From positions 496,001-560,000 of the forward strand of contig JABVCE010000010.1 in NCBI GenBank assembly GCA_014905635.1: 64,000 nt of DNA, read 5' to 3'. Numbering within the stretch: the stretch's first letter is position 1; each line of letters opens with the position of its first letter. Positions 11,154-21,339 of this stretch are shown here, one piece after another. Position numbers and translations under genes: made by a program. The notes under the pieces were generated by a model. The model saw only the letters and a list, made by a program, of their open reading frames with translations. It did no database searches and was not told where the DNA came from. The stretch is from Scenedesmus sp. PABB004 (taxonomy: Eukaryota).

Positions 11154-14100
11154 TCAGGCCTCGCCGCGAGGCGTCCCGCGCGCGAGCGCCCGCCCCCGGG
11201 CGAGGCGCCCTCGGCAAACCTGAACACCAGCTCGCCGTCCTTTCCGGCGCTCACCGACACGTCGTCGCCGGCGCCGGCGCCGGCGCCGCCGCCGTCGCCA
11301 CCGCCCTCGCCCCCGGCAACGAGCGTGCTCGCCGCAGGCGGGCCGCGCGGGGCGCCGCCGCCGGCCTGTGCGCCGGCCGCCGGCGCCGGCGACGCCGCGC
11401 CGGAGCGCATCCGGGACTCCATGGCCGCCAGCTTGGCCTCCATCTTCACATACTCCTCACGCAGGCGCCGCTGGCGACGGCGACGGCGGCGCACGCGGGC
11501 GCGGGCAGGGCTCAGCGCGCGGCGCGGCGCGGGCGGCGAGGCGGCGCGGGCGCCGCGGCGCGCGCGGGCGGCGCGGGCGCCGCGGGCGCCGCGGCGCACC
11601 TGCTCCCAGCGCAGCAGCTGCAGCTGCGCGAGGTCCTCCGGGTTCAGCGCCGCCTCCTCGCTCGCGCTCAGCCCCAGCAGCGCGCCGTCGTCGAGGACGC
11701 GCCCGCCCGCCGGCTCGGCGGCAGCGCCGCCGCCGCCGAGCACGCCCAGCGCCTGGCCCGGCGCGGGGCTGGCCGCGCGGCGCGCGCCCGCACTGCCGCC
11801 GTCGGGCCCAACAAACGCGTCCATGCTCGCCCCCGCGCCGGCCGCCGCCTGGGCCATGGCCGCGCTGAACAGCGCCTCGCGCCGCTCATCGGCCAGCGCC
11901 TGGTAGCGGCTGTCGCCCCAGAGCTGGCGCGCGGCGGCGGCGGCGGCGGCGACGCGGCGGCGGTCGGGCGCAGCGGGCGCGGCGCATCGCGGCACGCGCG
12001 GCGGGCGGGCGCGGCGGGCGCGGCGGGCGCGGCGGGCGCGGCGGGCGCGGCGGGCGCGGCGGGCGCGGCGGGCGGCGCGCACCTCGGGCTTTGCGGCGAC
12101 CCAGGTGCTGCCCGGCGCGATGCTGCCGGCGGTGAGCGACTCGTCCAGCAGCAGGCGGAAGTCTGACTCGGCCTTCTCAGCCGCGGCCTGGCACGCGCGC
12201 TCCAGCACGACCTGCGCGGGACGGCGCGTGCGCGCCCGTCGGCGCCCAGCCAGGTGCGCCCAGCCAGCGGCGCCGCCCGCCGGGCGCCGCGCGCGCAGAG
12301 CGGTCGGGCGGGCGGGGCGGGGCGGGGCGGGGCCGCACCTCGCGCACGCGCGTGTCGAACAGCTCCGCTCGCCGGTCGGGCGGGACGTCGTTGCCGGCGG
12401 GGTGTGCTGCCAGCAGCGGCGCGATTTCGCCCCACTCGCTCTCGGGGCCGACGTTCAGCCGCGCCAGCAGCTCCAGCAGCTGCGCCTCGGCCTTGGCCAG
12501 CCGCTCCGCGGCGACCTGGCGGCGGCGGCGGCAGGCGGCAGCGCGGGTCAGGGGCGCGGCGGCGCGCGGCGGCGCGCGGACCCCGCGCCCCCGGGCGCCG
12601 GCCGCGCCGCAGGCCCCCACCGTGCGCAGCGCCTCCTGGTACGCCTCAAACAGCTCCCGCCGCCGCGGCTCCTCCGGGACCACCTGCCGCGGGCGCGCGC
12701 GTGCGGCAGGCGCGGTCGGGCGCGCCCCGCGCGCGGGGCGCCGCGCCGCCGCCGCGCCGCCCGCGCTCGCCCACGCTCGCCCGGTCTCGCCCGCACCTGC
12801 CAGGCGTCGTCGCCCTGCAGCGCGCGCTCCACGTCCTCGTACGGCGTCTCCTCGTCGATCGCCACGCGCATCGTCGCGAGCGCGGCCGCGACCGTGCCGC
12901 TGCTCGCCGCGCCGGGCGCGCCCGACAGGGCGGGCGGCGTGTTGCGGCGCAGGAGGGCCAGGAACGCGGCGTCGGCGGCGCGCCGCGCGCGCTTCACGGC
13001 TGCCTCCTCCTCCATCTCCTGCGGCGGCGGGGCGCGGGGTGTGAGCCGGCGGCGCCGCCTGCCGGCAGCGCCAGCGCCCCCGCCCGCGCGCGCCCGTGCG
13101 CAAACGCACCCGCAGCATCCGCCCGGCGTCGTCCTTGACGCTCGTGACCACGTCGGACGCGATGCGAACGGCGAGGCTGCTGAACTTCAGCCCCGCGTAC
13201 GCCGCCGCCGACAGCACGCCGCCGCCCGCCGCGCCGGCCGCGCCGCCCGCGCCGCCCATGCGCGCGAGCAGCGCCGCCGCCTGCTCCTTGGCGCGCGTGT
13301 AGCTGCTCTGGGCGGCCTCGAGCTGGCTCGACATCTCCCCGAGCGTCGCCTGCGCGCGCTCGAGCTCCGCCGGCGCGGCCTTGCCCGCCTCAACCCGCGC
13401 CTTGAGGCGCGCGACGTTGGCCTGCTGCTTCTCCGTGCGGCTGCGCTGCTCGCTCAGGCGGCCCTCCAGGAACGTGAGCTGCTGCCCAAGCGCCTCCCAC
13501 GCCTGCGCGAGCACGCCGCCGCCCGCGGGCTCGGCCGGCGCCGCCGCCGGCGGCGGCGGCGCGGCGCCGCCGCTGCCCCCGCGCCGCCGCCCGCCGCTGC
13601 CGGGCTTGGCGGGCGCCGGCGGCTGCTCCACCGGCGCCGCGTCGGCGCGGCGGCTGCGGCCGATGCCCAGGAACCCCAGCAGGCTGCTGGCGCGCTGCGC
13701 GGTCTGCGTCTTTTCGGCTTCCAGCGTGTCGAGCTGCCGCTGCATCTGACCGAGCCGCTGCTTCTCCGCCGCCAGCACCGCCGCGTCGGCCTGGCCCTTG
13801 GCGACCTGCGCGGCGCGGCGAGCGGCGGCGTCGGCGGGCGCCGCTGGCCCCCCTCCCAGAGCGCGCGGCGCGGTGCGGCGCGGCGCGGCGGCGCGCCGGC
13901 GAGGCCCGCCGCAGGGCGCAGCAGCGCCGAGGGCGCGCCTTGTCCTGCAGCTTCTTGACCTTCCCCGTCTGCTTGGCCGTGTCGCTCGCTGTCTTGATCA
14001 TCCGCGCCTCGAGGTCAAACAGCCGGTCCTGCAGCCCCCGCCACATGCCCGCGGCGGCGCTGAACAGGCTGTTGCCCCGCGGCGCCGCCGGCGCCTCGGC

Positions 14101-15220
14101 CTCGGCCGCGCCCGCGTCGGCGCGGCCGCGCGCGCCGCGGCCGCTGCCCGCCTTGGCCGCGGGCGCCGGCGGCGGCGGCGCCGCCTTGCCGCTGCCCGCC
14201 GGCGACTTGCCGCCGCCCGCCACCGCCGCCGCGGCCTTGGCCTTGCCGCCGCTGCCGCCCCACCAGCCGCTGCGGGTGTCGCTGCCGCTGCCGCTGCCGC
14301 TGGCGGGCTCGTCCGACTCGTCGGCCGTGGCGAGGCTGCCGAGGCTGGCCATGCTGCCGAGCGCGGCGCGCCGCGCGGCGCGCTCGTGCTCCGCCGCGGG
14401 GCGCAGGAAGGGGTGCCGCAGCGCCTCCTGCGCCCCGATGCGCTGGAAGCCGCCGCGCCCCGCCACAAACGCGACGCCGCCGTCGTCGTCGACCGTGATG
14501 CTCCGCGGCCGCAGCAGCGCCTGCGCGAGCGCCCAGCCCGCGCCGCCGTCGGCGTCCAGCACCGCCGTGTCGCGCTTGCTGAGCCACCTGCGCGCGCGAC
14601 GCGGCGGCCACGGCTCGGCGCGGGCGGCTCGGCGTCGCGACCGCGCGTCGCCACTGCCACCGCGCGCCGCCCCGCCGCCCGTGCGCCGCCCGCCCCGCCG
14701 CTGCCCACGCGCCGCCCCGCTGCCTGCCGCGGCGCCGCGCGCCTGCAGCTCGAGCGCCAGGCGTCAATGTCGTAGTCGGCGCGCTCATACTCTGTTTTGA
14801 ACAGGTTGAGCCCCCGCGGGCTGCGCAGCGGCGGCAGGCAGAGCTGCAGCAGCACGATGCCCGCGGACCACGAGTCGAAGCGGTCGGGCTTGTGCTGCGC
14901 CCACAGCACCGGCGAGAGCGCGAGCGCAAACGCGCTCTTGGCGAGGTGCGGCGAGTCGGTCGGCAGCACGTACTGCGCGGCGGCGGGCGCGGAGGCGGGC
15001 GACGCGCGGCGCCGTCAGCGGGGCCCTGTGGGCGCCGACCCGCCGCGCCGCCCGCAGCTGCGCCGCGGCCCCTCGCTGCTGCGCCCGCCGCCCACGCCGC
15101 CGCCGCTGCGCCCGCCGCTGCCGTGCCTGCTCTGGCGGGCAGTAGAGCGGGTCGAGGATGCTCTCCTCGGGGCTGTGGACGCGGCGGGGCGGCGCGGCGC
15201 GGGCGGCGCGTCAACACGGC

Positions 15221-15252
<32 letters not shown>

Positions 15253-16628
15253 TGCCAGCGCGGCAGGGCCCGCCCCGCGCTGCGGCGCCGCGGCGCGCGC
15301 CTGTAGTTGGTCCCCGTGCGCAGGTCTGCGGCGGCGCCGAGGTCGATCAGCTTGAGTCGCCCGTCGCGCTCGCTGGCGATGACGTTGAGCGGCTTGACGT
15401 CGCGGTGCACCAGGCCTGGCGCCGGCAGGGAGGAGGAGGAGGGGCGGGGCGGGGAGGAGGGGGGCGGCGAGGAGGCGGGCGTGTGGGGGCGTGCGCAGGG
15501 CGCGGCGGGGCGAGGGCGCGCAGCAGCGGCGGCGGCGGCGGCGGCGGCGCAGGCGCGCACCCGCGGCGTGCAGCGCGGAGAGGCCGAGCAGCAGCTGCCG
15601 CATCGCGACCGGGACGACGATGTCCTCGGGCACGCCCAGGTCGCGCGCGAGCGCGCGCAGCGTGTCGCGGCGGCGCATGTAGTAGGCGAGGGTGTTGGAG
15701 CCCTCGTAGCGCCACATCTGAGCGCGGGGCAGAGGGGGAGGGGGCGGGGCAGCACGCGCGTTTGGCGCACAAGCGCGGCCGCCGGCCGCCGCCGCTGCCG
15801 CCGCTGCTGCTCCGCTGTGGCTGCCCGCGCGCGCCGCCGCAGGCGCCGCCGCCGGCGCCGCGCGCGCACCAGCCAGAGGCCCTCCGTGAGCCGCGCGTTG
15901 GCGTGCGCGGGCGGGACGTCGCAGAAGCCCACAAACTCGGCGATGCTGCCCTTGGCCGCCTTGCTCGCGTACACGTTCATGAGGTGCTCCATCTGCGCCA
16001 TCTCAGCCGCGCCCTGGTGCGTGGCGTCGCGGCGTCGCGGCGGCGTCGGCGGCGCGCCACGGCGGCGCGGGCGGCGGGGCGGGGCGCGCGCCGCTGCGCC
16101 TCATGCCGCCAGGCCCCGCACCTCCACGCGCGCCTTGACGCGCTTCAGCACCACGCGCTCCGGCTCGCCGCGCCCCGTGTCGAGCAGGCCCTGGGGCCAG
16201 CAGGAGGGGCGGCGCCGGCGGTTGGCGCGGCCGCGCCGCGCCCCGGCGGCGTGCGCGCTGCGCTGCGCTGCCGCTGCCGCCCCGGCTGGTGCGGAACCCG
16301 GGCGCCGGGCGCCGCGGCCGCCGGCGCGCGCGGGCTGCGCCGCGCCTGCTGCCGCAGGCACAGCGGCGCTGCTCGCTGCCTTTGGAGGCACGCGCACCTC
16401 GAACACCTGGCCGAACGAGCCCTCTCCCAGCGTCTTCTTCACGGTAATCATGTTCGGGGCCAGCGCCTGGCCCCGCGCGACGAGCCGCGCGGCGACCGCG
16501 AGTGCCGTACGGCGCGGCGCGGCCGGCCGCCGCCGCGCTGCGACCGGGCGCGCCAGGCCCGCCCGACGCGCTCCAGGGCAGCGCGCCTGGGCCATGGCCG
16601 GACGCATGGCGCCTGGTCGAAGGAGCAT
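11154..16628 (-). CDS. STT7/STN7/STN8-family Ser/Thr kinase with C-terminal coiled coil and FF-like repeats, 15 exons; stop uncertain (11154 if a frameshift is assumed, otherwise 10664)
   Basis: Motifs [78 protein letters not shown]...[11 protein letters not shown] and EALRHPF. The N-terminus is transit-like. Confidence 0.88.
11999..12075. repeat. (GCGGCGGGC)n intronic minisatellite
   Basis: About 8 tandem 9-mers inside a kinase intron. Confidence 0.8.
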
Positions 16629-17020
16629 GGCCGCGTGCCGCTCAGCGCATGCTCGAGGCCGCGTGCTCGAGCTGGGCGGGCGCTGCGAGGCCTGATTTCA
16701 CCACACAGCACGCTCAGCAGCTCGAAAAACTCGACAGGGCGGGATTGCGCGGCGCGGGCGCGAGACGCGGGCTCTGCCAACCGCCTCCCACGCTGCCCGC
16801 GCGCGCCCCCGGCCACGCCGCGACGTGGAGCAGCCCCATTGTTGCCAGGCTCTAAGCCGCGCCCGCGCCAGGCCGCCAGCAGCACCGCCGCCGCAGCGCC
16901 GCCGCACCGACGCGCAGCGGGCGCCACCACCGCTGACCACAGCCGCCACAGCAGCACCGCCAGAGCGCCTCCAGGAGCAGCGCCGATCGCCGCGACCGCA
17001 CAGCCACGCACACGCCCGGC

Positions 17021-17823
17021 ATGGCGCTTCCGCCGCTGCCGCTGCTGCCGGCCGCGGCCCTGGCGTCGCAGCTGGAGCCGTACAAGCGCCTGCTGGGCGT
17101 GCTTGTCCGGCAGGACTGCGTCTCGCTGGCGATAAGCAACGAGTACCTCAGCCTCGCGGAGCCGGTCGGGTGCGCTGGCGGCGGCCCGCGGCACACCGCG
17201 CGCCGCCGCTCCTGGCGCCGCGGCGCCAGCGTCAGCTGCAGCAGTCGCGCGCCCCGCCCGCCCACCCGGCCCTCCGCGCGCGCGCAGGGCGCTCATGCTG
17301 CGCGGCGGCCGGCTGAGCGCGCGCTCACTGCAGCGCCTGCTGGACGGCCGGGAGCTGGCAGGCTTTGTGGTCGGTGCGCGCCGCCGGGCGCCGCCGACCG
17401 CGGGCGCGGGTGCGCCGCCGCGGCCGCTGCCGCCCTCGCCCTGACCGCCGCCGCCGCCGCCGCCGCGCAGGCTGCGAGGTCGAGGCGGGGGGCCAGGCGG
17501 CGCGGCCCTCGGCGGCGCAGCAGGCGGCGGTGCAGCAGCTGCAGGCCGCGCTCGCTGGCATGTCGCCGGCGCTGCCGGGCGGCTGGGCGGGCGGCTGGAG
17601 CGCGGCCGGCGGCGCGAGCTGCCGCATCATGCCGCCCGCGGGGCCCGCCGCGGCGGCGGCGCAGGAGCGCGTCCAGCCGGAGCAGCAGCCCGCGCAGCCG
17701 CCCGGCGGCGGCGGCGGGAGCTTGCGCGCGGCCGCGGGCGGTGGTGGCGAGCGCTGCTCGCTGGGCCAGCTGTTCCTGCAAGACTACCTGGACAGTCTGG
17801 GCGCGCTGAACACGTTCGGCTAG
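17021..17823 (+). CDS. YqgF/RuvX (RNase H-fold) family protein, degenerate, 3 exons
   Basis: Spliced KRLLGVLVRQDCVSLAISNEYLSLAEPVGAL...ELAGFVVG...LGQLFLQDYLD parallels the YqgF pattern LLGLDVG..VGLAISD...GLVVGYP...AVGILQEYLD. Confidence 0.6.
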
Positions 17824-18421
17824 GTGCTGTCAACGGCGGCGGGCGGCAGGCGGCTGCTGGCGGCGGGCGGCGGCTGCCGGCTGCTGGCGGCCTCGGCGTG
17901 ACACGGCAGAATATCGTTGAACGCCTCGCGTGCCACCCGCGGGTCGGCGCTGCGGAGCTCCCGGCCCCGCGCCGAGCCCACGCAGTCTCGGTCAGTCAGT
18001 ACAGCCAGCACGCCCACGCGGTGACCAGTGCATGCGCGCCTGCGCAGGCCCGCAGGGGGAGCAGCACTGGCCACGGGGGAGGGGTTGGGGGCAGGGAGGT
18101 GGCAGCAGTCGCTTCAAATAGCAGTCAACAGCGTGATGCCAGCAGTCCGCGCCAGCGTTGCCAGCAGATACTCAGCGAAGTCATGCTCCACGAGGTCTGA
18201 TCAGCATATGGCCTGATTCAGCGAGCCTCGGAGCCGCGCGGGGCGCGCACCAGATCCGCAGCGGCAGTGCTGTCCCCGGCTTTGCGTTTGTCGCGTCACG
18301 CCCAGACCCAGCCAAGGCAGCCCCGCGCAACAACAGCGCGCTGTATTCGTTCGGCGCCGGCGCGCGCGCGCCCGCGCCGCCGCCAGCCCTTCGTTCCTCC
18401 GCGGCCGACCGGCGCGCGCAG

Positions 18422-20058
18422 TCACTCGCACTCGCGGCGCAGCATGCACTTGACCGCGCAGCGCATGCGCGCGCCCTGCCCGGGCGTGAAGGTGCGCAGG
18501 CAGGTGCGGTCGCCGTACGACATGACGTTGTTGTAGTTGTTGTAATACTTGTCGCCCGCGGGGAAGCCGACCGCGCTCGTGCACGACTGCTGCGCGTACG
18601 CGGTTTTGTTGGTGTATGCGCCCGTCTCTGTGTCGCATTTGATGAACCGCAGGATCGGGGTGACGTTTGACGTCGCGTTGAGGCTCTGCGCCGTGGTGTC
18701 GCGCACGCCGTCGCTGCGGCTCGCGACGATGTCGGCCGGCGCCGTCGACGCGGAGCCCGCGCACTGCGTGCCCATTGACGGCGGGTTGGACGACGCCTCG
18801 TACCACGTGTGGTGCAGCATGCTGCGGCGGCGCGGCGCGCGGCGTCAGCTCCTGCGCGGGCCGGGACGTGCCCCGGGCGGCGCGCCAGCGCCAGCGCCAG
18901 CGCGGCGGCAGGGGCCCGGCGCAGGGCGGCGCTCACAGCTTGTGCCCGATCTCGTGCGCCAGCACGTAGCCGCTGTCTGCGCGGCCGCCGTCCACCAGGC
19001 TCACGCCGCCCGCCTCCGGCAGCGTCTTTTCGTAAATGTGCACCCTGGCGGCGCGGCGCGGGCGGGCGTGAGCGCCGGGCGGCGCCCCGCGCCCCCGGCC
19101 CAGCCCCTGAGCGCCCCGGCGGCCGCGCCGCGCCGCGCCGCGCCGCGCCGCGCCGCGCCGCGCCGCGCCGCGCCGCGCCGCGCCGCGGACGCCGTCCGCG
19201 GCGGCGCTCGCTCACCAGTTGAGGCAGCTGTCGCGCCCGGCAAAGGCAAAGTCGGCGGCATAGTACGTGTAGCCGAGCGCGCCGCTGCGGCGCCGGCAGG
19301 CGGGGCGGGCCCGTCGGCGCAGCACGCCGGCGCGGCGCGGGCAGGCGCGCGGCGCGTGCCAGCGGCGGCGGCGCGCGCGCGGCGGCGGCGGCCGCACCCC
19401 AGGTGCGTGGGCCCGGTGACGACGTTGACCGCGAGGGGGCCGCCGTACTGCTGCAGGGCGCAGATCCAGTCGCGGTCGTCGATCTGGTCCGTGCTCGTCG
19501 CGGTCGCGGCGTGGATGACGCCGTCCCAGCTGAACTGCACGCCCGTGCGCGCGTAGAGTCGGTTGAGGAACGCGATCTGCTCCGCCACGAGCTCCTTGCT
19601 GTACGTCCCGCCCTGGCACGCGCCGCCGCCGGGCGGGCAGACCTGCGTCGCGGTCCAGTGCACGTCGAGCACGACCGGCGACGCCGGCGGCCCCGCGTCG
19701 GCCGCCTGGCAGGCCTGCATGATCTCCTCGGCCCGCAGCTCCCCCGCCGACGCGACCGCGCTCGCGACCGACACGTCGCCTGCCTCGGCCTGCAGCTCCA
19801 GGCGGCGCAGCGGGAGGCCGCAGTCGCCGCCGTGCGCGCGCGCGTGCGCCAGCTGCGCCTGCAGCGACGCCGACGCGGTGGTCGCGGCCGCGTCGCCGCC
19901 CGCCGCCGGCGCGGCCGCGGCCGCGCGGGCGTCCGCCGCGGCGGGCTGCGCGGCGCTGCCGCGGCCGCTGCTGCTGCCGCCGCTGGTGGTGGTGGTGGTG
20001 CTGCTGCTGCCGTCGTCGCCGGCGGTGTTGCCGTCCTCGCCGGCGCCAGCGCCAGAGC

Positions 20059-20101
<43 letters not shown>

Positions 20102-20892
20102 CTTGCCAAAGAAGGGGTTGGCGATGGGGCAGCAGTCGTTGGCGTCGCTGCAGTCGCCGTCGCACCAGCACTGGCCGGGGCGGAACGCCGAGCCGGCGGT
20201 CTCGCCGACGCGGCAGTTTGAGATGCGCCGCTTGGCCAGCGTCGGCGCCTGGCGCGGGCAGTCGGCGCCCTTGGCCGCCGCGCTGCCGCAGCAGTCGCCG
20301 ACGTTGTCACAGTAGTAATCGCAGCCGCACGTCCCGCCCGCGCCGTCGGCGACAAACGCGCTCCCGCAGCGCTTGGCGCACGCGCCGCCCGGCCGCACGC
20401 AGCGGCGCGCCGGGCCGCGCCGCACAAAGCTGCGGGCGCGCGGGGCGGACGGCGGCCCGGCGGGTCAGCGACGGCCAGCGGAGCTCAGGGAGTCAGGGCA
20501 GCGCGCCGCGATGGCGGTCCGCGGGTGCGCCGCCGGGCAGCAGCGGCGGCGCCGGTGAGTCGCCTCGCCCCGTCCCCTGCCGCCACGTTCAGCTTAGTAG
20601 CGGCATGCACAGCGCAAGGAGTGCTGCACCGAGCCGCGCGCGACCGGCGGCAGGCCCAGGGAAGGCCGGTCTCGATGCGCGCCCGCCGCTCCCGGAGCGC
20701 CCTCCCTGTGCCTCACCCGGGCGCGCAGTCGCAGGAGCCAGCTGTGTTCAGGACGTAGTTGGGCCCGCACTTGGTGCAGCGGCTGCCGCTGGCCTCCAAG
20801 CAGCCGGCTTCCTGCTCGCTGCTGGCCAGCGGCGCGGCCAGCGCGAGGAGCGCGCCGGCCGCCAGGACCGCCAGCGCCAGGCCACGCGCCAT
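18422..20892 (-). CDS. secreted M43 (pappalysin/ulilysin-like) metzincin with somatomedin-B-like Cys-rich modules, copy A, 5 exons
   Basis: Signal peptide; CGCDYYCDNVGDCC and CWCDGDCSDANDCC; GDCG possible cysteine switch; QIAFLNRLY; LAHEIGHKLMLHHTW; Met-turn NNVMSYG; FTPGQGARM. Confidence 0.85.
19122..19186. repeat. (GCCGC)n intronic microsatellite
   Basis: About 12 tandem pentamers. Confidence 0.8.
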
Positions 20893-21339
20893 GGCGCCTG
20901 GCCGTCGCCGCGCGCTGCGCCGCGAGCGCGGAGCTGGGTGTCCTGCCCGCGCGGCTGGTGCTGATTGCGCTGGGCTGAGCCGACGAACGAGATACGGGAG
21001 TGGCGTGTGAGCGCTCGGGGTGGGGAGGCGGGCGATGGCGGAGTTCACAGCAGTCCGGGACCCCCGGTGCTCAACCGCGACCGCCCGCAGAGCTTAGGCC
21101 CAGGGACCTCCGCGCGCTGGGCGCGTTGGCCGAACAGCTGCCGCAGCCCCCCGGGAGCCCCGAGCCGCAGCGGCGGCACCGGCGGCGGCCGACGGCACCG
21201 GCGGCGGCCGCTGGGCTCCGGCGCCACTGGCGAGTCGGCACCGGCGGCGCGCCGCCGTCGGCACGCACTCTCCGGTGGGGGCAGGCTTGCGGGCTCCACA
21301 CGCACGCGGGGCAGGCGCCCCCGCCGGCGCGCGCCGCCG

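Noticed and set aside
17824..18420. Lower-GC spacer as a tRNA, ncRNA or transposon fragment
   Set aside because: No cloverleaf, terminal repeats or transposase. It fits the convergent 3'UTRs of the flanking genes.
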